A DNA stretch of 32,000 nt from Pseudoalteromonas tetraodonis (GTDB lineage: Bacteria > Pseudomonadota > Gammaproteobacteria > Enterobacterales > Alteromonadaceae): positions 990,001-1,022,000 of the forward strand of contig NZ_CP011041.1 of assembly GCF_002310835.1 (NCBI RefSeq). Direction: 5' to 3'. Numbering within the stretch: the stretch's first letter is position 1; every line of letters begins with the position of its first letter. The translations under genes were made by a program, and so were the position numbers. This document shows positions 18,481 to 26,392 of the stretch, one piece after another. Below the pieces are notes generated by a model. It was not told where the DNA came from. It did no database searches and saw nothing but the letters and a program-made list of their open reading frames with translations.

Positions 18481-19686
18481 TTAACAAGGCTGTGCCTGTT
18501 TAGTTTTGTTGCCGCTAATTTGTATATAACTAAGCAGCCACATTAACAGCCCACCTAAAAATAAAGCCGCAGCAACATAGCCTGTTTGATTTGGCGCTGC
18601 CCCTTTTGCAATAGCAATGCCGCCAACCCAAGGGCCAATAGCATTTGCAATATTAAACGCACACTGCACTAATGCCCCAATCATGGCGTGGCCGTCAGGT
18701 GATACATCCATTAATAGCGTTTGCACTAAGGTTGATAGCCCTAAGCTGCAGCCAATAAAAAATATAACCGCATACAGCAGATAAATATTATAGCTGGCAC
18801 TGACATATGCAAATGCAAAAACAATGGTAGAGGCAAGCGTAAATCCGGTGGTTTTTATCGCTGATTTATCGGCAGCTTTACCTAGTACGTAATTACCGAG
18901 CGTAGAGCCAATACCAAACATCACCATAGCAATTGAAATTGTATAGGGCGCGCTCTGAGTGACCTCTAAGATCGTATCGGCCACATAGGTATAAATACAA
19001 AATACGCCACCAAAGCCAATAATAACAATCCCTAATATTGACCAAACCAGTTTGTTTTTTAGCACCCCTAATTCGTTGAGTAAGTTCGAAGTATGGGTGT
19101 TTTTAACATTAGGCACCACGTTATACACAAAAATAAAGGCAATAAACGCCAACACCCCAGCCGCAGCGAGGCAATAACGCCAACTAAGATTTTGCCCAAC
19201 CAATGTCACCACCGGCACACCAACGATAGTGGCTATGGTTAAGCCCATAAACACTTTTGACATAAAGCTAGCGCGTTTTCCTTGCGGTGCTATATCAGAG
19301 GCCAGTAATAACGCGGCACCAAAATAAGCGCCATGGGGAAGGCCACTTAAAAACCTAAACAGCACCAGTTGTTCTAACGAGGTCGCTAATGCACTTAAAC
19401 TGTTTGAAATACACATTAAGCTTAAAAATAATAATAGCGCTCGTCGTTTTCGCATATTTGCCGTTGCCAACATTAAAATGGGTGCGCCAACCACCACCCC
19501 AAGAGCATAAGCACTAATAGCATAACCACTTTGTGACGGGGTACTGCCAAAAGCCTCACTAATTAATGGCAACATAGGCATCATAGAAAATTCAGATAAC
19601 CCCAAAATAAAAGTACCCAACGCCAGCACAATTAAAATAGCGGTTCTATTGGGCTGACCCGACGGCGATGTAGTATCAACGGCCAT
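18481..19686 (-). CDS. MFS transporter, YdhP/AraJ-like (DHA1-type)
   Basis: It has 12 predicted TM segments. N-terminal MFS motifs include GLSEFSMMPMLPLI, ISAYALGVVVGAP and RKRRALL. The ATG at 19686 is preceded by AAGGA. The listed start at 19761 adds 25 low-complexity residues with no SD. Confidence 0.85.
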   Translation of the reverse strand: MAVDTTSPSGQPNRTAILIVLALGTFILGLSEFSMMPMLPLISEAFGSTPSQSGYAISAYALGVVVGAPILMLATANMRKRRALLLFLSLMCISNSLSALATSLEQLVLFRFLSGLPHGAYFGAALLLASDIAPQGKRASFMSKVFMGLTIATIVGVPVVTLVGQNLSWRYCLAAAGVLAFIAFIFVYNVVPNVKNTHTSNLLNELGVLKNKLVWSILGIVIIGFGGVFCIYTYVADTILEVTQSAPYTISIAMVMFGIGSTLGNYVLGKAADKSAIKTTGFTLASTIVFAFAYVSASYNIYLLYAVIFFIGCSLGLSTLVQTLLMDVSPDGHAMIGALVQCAFNIANAIGPWVGGIAIAKGAAPNQTGYVAAALFLGGLLMWLLSYIQISGNKTKQAQPC

Positions 19687-19959
19687 ATAAAATCCTTGAA
19701 GATAATAAATAAAATTTAATAACAAACTAAACGCCAGTGCGTTTAAAAATAAAGCACACACGCTTATTTAGTTGAATGTGGAAATGAGGAGTAAAGAGGC
19801 GTGCATTTTAAATTAAAAGCTCTCTTTCGTCATGGACTAAACCATAATTTAAGATGAATAAAATTTAACTTAAGCCAACCAAAGGATGGTTAAGTAAGTT
19901 CAGCAAAGTATTAACGCAATCAAAAATAAGCAGTGTTAAATTTAAAATGTAATGTTAAC

Positions 19960-19988
19960 TTGACTTTTTGTAAGGCATGAATGATATT
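19960..19988 (+). promoter_or_regulatory. Candidate sigma-70 promoter of the membrane-protein/XRE operon
   Basis: -35 TTGACT (19960-19965), a 17-nt spacer, then -10 GATATT (19983-19988). It lies about 40 nt upstream of the ATG at 20028. Confidence 0.4.
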
Positions 19989-19991
19989 TGT

Positions 19992-20008
19992 AAAGTAAAC
20001 ATTACTTT
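19992..20008. promoter_or_regulatory. Perfect 7-bp inverted repeat, candidate operator for the XRE regulator
   Basis: AAAGTAA-aca-TTACTTT lies immediately downstream of the candidate -10 and 20 nt upstream of the ATG at 20028. Confidence 0.3.
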
Positions 20009-20027
20009 TAAAAACAGGATAAAGGCA

Positions 20028-20449
20028 ATGAAAGCAGAATTAAATTTAAAACAACGCCAAATTAAAATACCAGTTACCTAGCTAAATGGACCTTAATATG
20101 GCTTTTTACTTTAGCTATTTGCAGCTTTGGCCCCACTTTAATCTGGGATCGTTCAGCGCTAATTAGTGGCTTTTTTATTATTATAAATTTGGCTGCTGGC
20201 GTAGGGATGATTTTAGCCAACAAGCGCTATTTGCAAGGCATGGATGAATTAATGCAAAAAATACATCTCAGTGCCATGGGGTTTACCTTAGGTGCAGTGT
20301 TAGTAGGCGGGCTGGCATACACCAATTTACAATTGAGTGGTTTAATTGATTTTAAAGCGCAAATACCCGACTTAATGTTTTTAATGGGGGCGGTGTATTT
20401 AATTAGTGTGTATGTGCTTAATAAACACTATTGCGCAGGTGATGAATGA
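20028..20449 (+). pseudogene. Small 4-TM membrane protein gene, apparently frameshifted at an A-run
   Basis: The ATG at 20028 (SD AGGATAAAGG) opens MKAELNLKQRQIKIPVT and then hits a stop at 20079-20081. The -1 frame is open from 20066 and reads NTSYLAKWTLIWLFTLAICSFGPTLIWDRSALISGFFIIINL, running into the listed 86-aa ORF (20189-20449). One extra A in the AAAA run at 20064-20067 would restore a roughly 140-aa, 4-TM protein. The stop overlaps the XRE start (ATGA). Confidence 0.5.
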
Positions 20450-20643
20450 AAAATAGATTAAAAGTGTTAAGAGCCGAGCATAATTTCACTCAAGCAAAGT
20501 TGGCCGAGCTGTTGGATGTATCGCGCCAAACGATTAATGCCATTGAAAAGGGCAAGTTCGATCCCAGCTTGCCACTGGCTTTTAAGGCCGCAAGGTTGTT
20601 TAAACTTAAAATAGAAGACATTTTTGATGACGAACAGGGTTAA
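20446..20643 (+). CDS. XRE-family helix-turn-helix transcriptional regulator (65 aa)
   Basis: MKNRLKVLRAEHNFTQAKLAELLDVSRQTINAIEKGKFDPSLPLAFKAARLF is the widespread short Cro/C1-type HTH family. Members of this family usually follow a small membrane-protein gene. Confidence 0.88.
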   Translation: MKNRLKVLRAEHNFTQAKLAELLDVSRQTINAIEKGKFDPSLPLAFKAARLFKLKIEDIFDDEQG

Positions 20644-20654
20644 AAATTAACAAA

Positions 20655-20678
20655 GTGCGACAATATGTCGCGCTTTTT
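20655..20678 (+). terminator. Rho-independent terminator after the XRE gene
   Basis: The stem pairs GTGCGAC (20655-20661) with GTCGCGC (20667-20673) and includes one G-U pair. The loop is AATAT and TTTTT follows (20674-20678). Confidence 0.7.
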
Positions 20679-20731
20679 AACTTGCCGCAGCACGTATAAT
20701 TTACCTACAAAATTTTTGTGGTAAATCAATA

Positions 20732-22858
20732 ATGACTGATAAAAAAAATCCCCTAACCTCCTATTTAGTATCGCCTTTGGCACTTGTTATAAGTGGCGTA
20801 CTATCGCCTGTTGCCTTTGCAGATGACGCCTCAATTGAAGTGATTGAAGTACACGGTCAAGCACAAAACAAACACCTATCGTTAGGTTCATCTGAATCGT
20901 TATTAACTGATTTAGGTGTGGACTTTTCAGCCGCCGGTGGCATGGCTAACTTACCTGTTTTAAATGGTTTAATGGGCGATAGAGTGGCGGTACTGGTCGA
21001 TGGAGCGCAAATCACCGCCGCCTGTGCCAATCAAATGAACCCGCCACTGTCGTATATTTCAGCCAATCAAATTAGTAGCTACAAAGTAATTGCAGGTATT
21101 TCTCCGGTAAGCGCGGGAGGCGATAATATTGCAGGGGTGATCGCGGTTAATTCTATTTCACCTCAGTACAGTGAAAGCAAGCAACTTGGCTGGCACTCTG
21201 GCTACGTATCAGCCCAATACAATACGCTAGATAACGCCAAAAAGGTCGGCGCAGGTATGCGCATTGCCAGCGACGTATTCAGTTTTAATTATCAAGGTGC
21301 GTTTAGCGATGCTAACAGTTATGAAGATGGTAATGGCGATTTAGTGCTCGATACCCTGTACCGCGCGCAAAACCATAGTTTAAGTGCTGCCATGCGCGAT
21401 GATAAGCAACAATTAGTTGTTAAGCTAAGCCATCAAAAAATACCCTATCAAGGCTTTGCTAACCAATATATGGATATGACAGATAACACCAGCTATGGCG
21501 CTGTTGCCCAGTATAAGCGTGCTTTTACAAACAGTGAGCTTGAAGCGCAGTTAAATTGGCATAGCGTAAAGCATGAAATGGGCTTTTTCAGCGCAGAAAA
21601 AACCGGAAAAATGCCAATGAAAACCGACGCCGAAGATATAAGCACTCAGTTAAAATGGCGATTAGCGCTTGAAAACAACAGCCAGTTATTACTCGCCCAA
21701 GAGTACCATTATATGAATATTGATGATTGGTGGCCTGCGGTTGAAGGCTCAATGATGATGGGGCCAAATGACTACAACAATATTAATAACGGCCGGCGTC
21801 AGCGTATTGCCCTGCTTGCTGAATATGAAAGCCAACTAAATACTCGCTGGTGGTTAAATGCAGGCGTTCGATTTGAAAATGTAATAACCAATACCGACGA
21901 TGTACAAGCATACAACGCAGGTATGGCCGCTATGAGTGCGATGGCCATGGCGATGCCAAGCGATGCAATGGCCGCTAAAGAGTTTAATGGTCAGAACAAA
22001 AAACAAACAGACAACCTAGTCGATGCAAACGTGCTGATTAACTATCAACTAAGCAATAATGACGAGTTACAAATTGGTTTAGCTCGTAAAAATCGCGCAC
22101 CTAATTTATACGAACGTTACAGTTGGGGGGTGGGAAATATGGCCACCACCATGATAGGTTGGTACGGCGATGGTAATGGCTATATTGGTAACATTGCCCT
22201 TAAACCTGAAACCGCACATACGCTTAGCACTACGTATACCCGTATGGCTAAAGACGACAGCTGGCGTATCAGTGCTAATGCGTGGGTGAGCGATGTAAAT
22301 GATTATATTGACGTCAACAGAGTAAGAAGCTTTAACCGCACAGCGCTTGCTGCCAATACTCGTAATGTACTTATGTTTAATAACGTAGATGCCACGCTTT
22401 ATGGAGTAAAGCTAGATGCGGTTGCTACTCTGCACGAGTCTAAGCAGTATGGTAGTTGGTCGTTAAAAGCTAACATTACCAATACCCGTGGTAAGCGCGA
22501 CGATACCAATCAGCCGCTTTATCAAATTAAGCCACTGCAAACCTACTTTGCGATTAACCAGCAAATAGGCCGCTTTGAAAACGCACTCACGTGGCAGTGG
22601 GTCGATAGTAAAACCCGCGTAGATAGCAACCGCCTAGAAAACCAAACCGAGCAGTATCATTTACTTAATTTAAGCTCAAAAGCCAGTTGGGATGCATTGA
22701 CTGTGAGTGTTGATATTACCAATCTGCTTGATGAGTATTATGAATTACCACTGGGCGGCGTAAGTATTGCTGAGTTTAAACAAGATTCAACGCAGGGGTT
22801 CAATCAATTAGCAGGGCAGGGTCGTTCTATTAATTTGGCTATGAGTTACGCGTTTTAA
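20732..22858 (+). CDS. TonB-dependent outer-membrane receptor with OprC/NosA-like copper-site motifs
   Basis: Signal peptide ending VAFA-DD. TonB-box-like IEVIEVHG. A plug domain is present. The 22-strand barrel ends in the terminal aromatic SYAF. CxxxM (CANQM, 21023-21037) lies in the plug. HxM (HEM) is at 21572-21580. Length is 708 aa. Confidence 0.9.
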   Translation: MTDKKNPLTSYLVSPLALVISGVLSPVAFADDASIEVIEVHGQAQNKHLSLGSSESLLTDLGVDFSAAGGMANLPVLNGLMGDRVAVLVDGAQITAACANQMNPPLSYISANQISSYKVIAGISPVSAGGDNIAGVIAVNSISPQYSESKQLGWHSGYVSAQYNTLDNAKKVGAGMRIASDVFSFNYQGAFSDANSYEDGNGDLVLDTLYRAQNHSLSAAMRDDKQQLVVKLSHQKIPYQGFANQYMDMTDNTSYGAVAQYKRAFTNSELEAQLNWHSVKHEMGFFSAEKTGKMPMKTDAEDISTQLKWRLALENNSQLLLAQEYHYMNIDDWWPAVEGSMMMGPNDYNNINNGRRQRIALLAEYESQLNTRWWLNAGVRFENVITNTDDVQAYNAGMAAMSAMAMAMPSDAMAAKEFNGQNKKQTDNLVDANVLINYQLSNNDELQIGLARKNRAPNLYERYSWGVGNMATTMIGWYGDGNGYIGNIALKPETAHTLSTTYTRMAKDDSWRISANAWVSDVNDYIDVNRVRSFNRTALAANTRNVLMFNNVDATLYGVKLDAVATLHESKQYGSWSLKANITNTRGKRDDTNQPLYQIKPLQTYFAINQQIGRFENALTWQWVDSKTRVDSNRLENQTEQYHLLNLSSKASWDALTVSVDITNLLDEYYELPLGGVSIAEFKQDSTQGFNQLAGQGRSINLAMSYAF

Positions 22859-22882
22859 GATGAGAGAGTAAGTTAGTGTGAG

Positions 22883-22919
22883 CTGTCAGATTCGATTTTT
22901 GGTTAATCGAATCTGACAG
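22883..22919. terminator. 15-bp perfect hairpin between the convergent TBDR and LysR genes (no U-tract)
   Basis: CTGTCAGATTCGATT (22883-22897) pairs with AATCGAATCTGACAG (22905-22919). No T-run follows on either strand. Confidence 0.5.
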
Positions 22920-22937
22920 TTAATTACTATTAATTTT

Positions 22938-23819
22938 TTAATTCTGCTTGTGACAAAAATCTATAAACTGCGTTAACAGCGGATTTTTGTATTTGTCTTT
23001 ATGCATCACTAACCAAAACTGTCTTTGCATGGGGTGGTTTAAGTTAAGCTGCGTAACGCGGCCATCGTTTAAAGCGTACTGTGCCGCGAGTGACGATAAA
23101 CATCCCAGCCCTAATCCTTCTGCAATGCTGTTGATCAATGCCTCTGTGGTATTGAGCTCAAAGCTTTGGCTCCAATTATCGATATGCGTAGCAAGGTTTT
23201 GTAAAAAGAATGAGCGTGAGCCAGAGCCAGCCTCTCTTAATACCCATTGACTGCTTGCTAAGTTATTAAAACTAAGCTGTGGTTTTGCAGCTAAAGGGTG
23301 GGATGGCGGCGCAATAATGCACATGGTGTCTTGACTAAACACGGTTGAGACTAAGTCGCTTTGCTGGGCATGGCCTTCTATTAATGCAATGTCGAGTTCA
23401 AAGTCGCGCAGTTTTTGACAAATAAGCTCAGAATTTGAAATAAAAACCTGCTGTGAATAATGCTGCTGTTGTTGGCGAAATCCACTGAGTATAGAGGGCA
23501 ACACATGATTACCAATGGTATCGCTGGCACCTATTTTTAACGTGCCGCTGGCTTTTGCGTGGGACGAAAAAAGCGTATTAATATCATTTGCTCTGTGCAG
23601 TAATTCATCTGCCAAGGGCAGTAATTTTTGCCCTTCTTGATTTAAAATTAAGCGATGATTTACCCGATCAAACAATGGGTGACCTAACTGCTTTTCAAGC
23701 TCGCTAAGCGCCATACTGAGTGCCGCTTTAGACAAGTAAAGTCGCTCTGAGGCTGCGCTAAGCGTTGTATGCTGGGTAATACCTACAAACACTTTAAGTT
23801 GTTTAAGAGAAATATTCAT
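22938..23819 (-). CDS. LysR-family transcriptional regulator (YeiE-like)
   Basis: N-terminal wHTH MNISLKQLKVFVGITQHTTLSAASERLYLSKAALSMALSELEKQLGHPLFDR plus a LysR substrate-binding domain. Length is 293 aa. It is divergent from the TDT transporter gene. Confidence 0.9.
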   Translation of the reverse strand: MNISLKQLKVFVGITQHTTLSAASERLYLSKAALSMALSELEKQLGHPLFDRVNHRLILNQEGQKLLPLADELLHRANDINTLFSSHAKASGTLKIGASDTIGNHVLPSILSGFRQQQQHYSQQVFISNSELICQKLRDFELDIALIEGHAQQSDLVSTVFSQDTMCIIAPPSHPLAAKPQLSFNNLASSQWVLREAGSGSRSFFLQNLATHIDNWSQSFELNTTEALINSIAEGLGLGCLSSLAAQYALNDGRVTQLNLNHPMQRQFWLVMHKDKYKNPLLTQFIDFCHKQN

Positions 23820-23860
23820 GAGCTTGGTGTTTAGTTTTTCTGAACGTGTGTTCTATATAA

Positions 23861-23874
23861 TTAGATTTAACTAA
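23861..23874. promoter_or_regulatory. Candidate LysR box (T-N11-A dyad) in the divergent intergenic region
   Basis: TTAG-ATTTAA-CTAA has an interrupted dyad fitting T-N11-A. It lies between the LysR start (23819) and the transporter start (23931). Confidence 0.2.
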
Positions 23875-23930
23875 ACAAAATGCAAGGTTAAACTTCTTTA
23901 TAAGATAAACAGTGAGTGTGGAGTATAAAC

Positions 23931-24911
23931 ATGTTTAATCATATAAAAGCCAAAGTAATAACCGCACCCACCCCAATGGGCGGATTAGCATTAGGCATAG
24001 CCAGCCTTGGTTGGGCTTGGGAAAATATGTTCAATGTAAATGGCGCAGCGCAATACACTGGGGCGGCAATTGCAAGCGTATTATTGTTAATACTTGGCTT
24101 AAAATTTTTACTGCACCCGCAATTACTAAAAGCCGACTTAGCGCACCCTGTTGTAGGCAGTGTGGTGCCTACTTTTGCTATGGCAACGTTGGTGGTATCT
24201 AATTCGTTAGGGCACGTTAATCCATTAGCAGGGGATGTGCTTTGGGTAGGCGCATTTTTATTGCATTTGGGATTTTTACTGAGCTTTATTATTCATCGTG
24301 TTCGTGAGTTTAAAATTGAACACATGGTGCCAAGTTGGTTTGTACCACCGGTGGGGATTATTGTTGCCGATGTCGCGTTCTCGGGTAATCCTGCACTGCT
24401 ATTTTTAGCGCAAGGGGCACTTTATTTTGGCATGTTAATGTACGCAGTTATGCTGCCGATAATGATTTATCGGATAATATTTGCTGAGCAAATTCCTGAT
24501 GCTGCACAGCCTACACTAGCTATTTTAGCGGCGCCAGCAAGTTTATCGTTAGCGGGGTATTTCACTGTGGTGACCCAACCGTCACCAGTGATTATTGGGG
24601 GGTTATTTGGTATTGCCATACTAATGACACTCATTATTTATACGGCATTTTTTAAATTACTACGCCGCAGGTTTTGCCCAGGGTTTGCTGCATTTACCTT
24701 TCCCATGGTCATTGGTGCTACAGCGTTATTTAAACTCGCGGATTGGATGCTAACGATGAACGTGGATATGCAGTTTATAAATCAAATACATTACTTAGCG
24801 CTATTTGAGCTGCTAGTAGCAAGCGCTGTGGTTGGCTATGTAGCGATCCGTTATACGCATTATTTTAACCCTTTGGCTTCAAAGTGGCTTGAATATAAAA
24901 CGAATAGGTAA
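23931..24911 (+). CDS. TDT-family (TehA/Mae1/SLAC1-like) anion transporter
   Basis: The ATG at 23931 follows GTGGAG with 7-nt spacing; the listed start at 23916 is less likely. It has about 10 TM segments. The N-terminus PTPMGGLALGIASLGWAWENM resembles TehA. Length is 326 aa. Confidence 0.8.
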   Translation: MFNHIKAKVITAPTPMGGLALGIASLGWAWENMFNVNGAAQYTGAAIASVLLLILGLKFLLHPQLLKADLAHPVVGSVVPTFAMATLVVSNSLGHVNPLAGDVLWVGAFLLHLGFLLSFIIHRVREFKIEHMVPSWFVPPVGIIVADVAFSGNPALLFLAQGALYFGMLMYAVMLPIMIYRIIFAEQIPDAAQPTLAILAAPASLSLAGYFTVVTQPSPVIIGGLFGIAILMTLIIYTAFFKLLRRRFCPGFAAFTFPMVIGATALFKLADWMLTMNVDMQFINQIHYLALFELLVASAVVGYVAIRYTHYFNPLASKWLEYKTNR

Positions 24912-24949
24912 TTATCAGGTTTTTGTTTATTTAATTATTATTTTTGCGA

Positions 24950-24978
24950 CAGTTAAGAGCCCAAAGGGCTCTTAACTG
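24950..24978. terminator. 13-bp perfect hairpin between the convergent TDT and S51 peptidase genes
   Basis: CAGTTAAGAGCCC-aaa-GGGCTCTTAACTG. No canonical U-tract follows on either strand. Confidence 0.5.
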
Positions 24979-24984
24979 GGGGGA

Positions 24985-26385
24985 TTAATAAGGATTGATA
25001 GGGGAGTAGAAGTTGTTGTTATTACCATTAATGCTCACGTCTAGTTGCATACCATTATGAGTGTGGCTAACCACATTGTAATTATCACCAGGTATTAGCT
25101 TTACTCTATTAATATTTTGATAGTTAACAGCACTGCCACATTGCAATGTCACTCTTTGCGTATTAGCGGTTTCTTTGAAGATGTAAACTTCATTGCTGCC
25201 GTCAACAACACCTGTACCAGAGGCCTCGATGAACAGTGAGGTTGCCTCACTGGCTGCAATAGAAAAGTACTGATTGCTGTGATGGCCTAAAGACACGATG
25301 GCGCGCCCCATTCTGTCTCGTTCTTGGAAGTGCGTATCGGTTAAGCTATTGTCTAAAACAGGCACATCAATAAAGCGACTGCTGAAGTTAAGTGTCTCAT
25401 GGCAAAAGTCAGTGACTACTTCATCGGATACTGCACCAGCAACACCATCCGGGTCGTACACGCTGTTTGCCATTAATGCCATGCCTGCAGACGTTCCGCC
25501 AACGACACCGCCCTTATCAAAAACGTGTTGCACAGCGGTTTGTACTTTTGTACCTTGCCATTGATTAAGGTAATCAGATTGGTCACCGCCTGCAATCCAT
25601 ACAAATTCGGCACTGCGGATAGCCCAGTCAACATAGTCATCATTCGCTTTGTTGCGAGTATCAATGATCAGTGTTTCTACTGAGTCGGCATTCATTAAGT
25701 TCAGTAAATAATCGTTGTAGGCGTCAGTACCTGAGGTTCTAAGCACAACAACATCGGCACCGCTGCCAACATGGTTGGCAACGCGATTACTAAATGCTTG
25801 ATCAACATCGCTGCCACCACCCATAAGTAATACAGCACCTTGATCAGCTGTTAATGTGCTACATGAATCAGCACTGCCACCTTGTAAATATGCTTGTAAT
25901 GAACCTGGTTTTGCAGGACGAGAACTATAGCCACAATCATCGTTACCACTTCCGCCACCGGTGTTACTACCTTCACCAAAATTGACTGTTAGATCGTACC
26001 AACCTGTACCCGAGTAACGCGTTACTTTTACATAATAAGTACCCGTTGATTGCGCGTTATAACTGCCTGTTTCTGGCACATTACTGGTCGCCCCTTCGGC
26101 TAGGGCCGACCCCGTTTCTTGATATAATGCCCAGTCAAAGTCATCACGAGTATGATGATCAAGATTAACTTCAATAGGTCCGGTTTGCGTTAGTTCGAAT
26201 CTAAACCAATCAGTATCATTTCGACTCAACGAGCCTGCAACGGCGGTATTACTACAAAGTGGGGAATTTGCATTGCTTTCAGTGTCGTTTGATTCAACTT
26301 CGTTTGTTAAACAAGCATTACTTGCAAACGAAAAAAACATGCACGCGGCTAGTGATCCATTAAGAATTGAGAGTTTTCTTTTCAT
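24985..26385 (-). CDS. Secreted cyanophycinase-like peptidase (S51 family) with an N-terminal PPC (pre-peptidase C-terminal type) domain
   Basis: Signal peptide MKRKLSILNGSLAACMFFSFASNA. PPC-like beta-sandwich at about residues 30-136 (AGSLSRNDTDWFRFELTQ...GTYYVKVTRYSGTGWYDLTVNF). A Gly-rich linker follows. The S51 core has LLMGGGSD, WIAGGDQS, the nucleophile motif GGTSAGMA (Ser codon 25489-25491) and the His/acid block DTHFQERDRMGR. Confidence 0.8.
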   Translation of the reverse strand: MKRKLSILNGSLAACMFFSFASNACLTNEVESNDTESNANSPLCSNTAVAGSLSRNDTDWFRFELTQTGPIEVNLDHHTRDDFDWALYQETGSALAEGATSNVPETGSYNAQSTGTYYVKVTRYSGTGWYDLTVNFGEGSNTGGGSGNDDCGYSSRPAKPGSLQAYLQGGSADSCSTLTADQGAVLLMGGGSDVDQAFSNRVANHVGSGADVVVLRTSGTDAYNDYLLNLMNADSVETLIIDTRNKANDDYVDWAIRSAEFVWIAGGDQSDYLNQWQGTKVQTAVQHVFDKGGVVGGTSAGMALMANSVYDPDGVAGAVSDEVVTDFCHETLNFSSRFIDVPVLDNSLTDTHFQERDRMGRAIVSLGHHSNQYFSIAASEATSLFIEASGTGVVDGSNEVYIFKETANTQRVTLQCGSAVNYQNINRVKLIPGDNYNVVSHTHNGMQLDVSINGNNNNFYSPINPY

Positions 26386-26392
26386 TATTGTT

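Noticed and set aside
19687-19761. Upstream extension of the MFS transporter ORF to 19761
   Set aside because: The extra 25 residues (MCALFLNALAFSLLLNFIYYLQGFY) have no SD. The ATG at 19686 follows AAGGA and yields a normal MFS N-terminus.
20695-20700. Perfect TATAAT 32 nt upstream of the TonB-dependent receptor start, as a promoter
   Set aside because: The only TTG-containing hexamer upstream (TTGCCG, 20682-20687) is just 7 nt away, so there is no properly spaced -35. I also found no Fur-box-like or other operator, so I did not report it as a feature.
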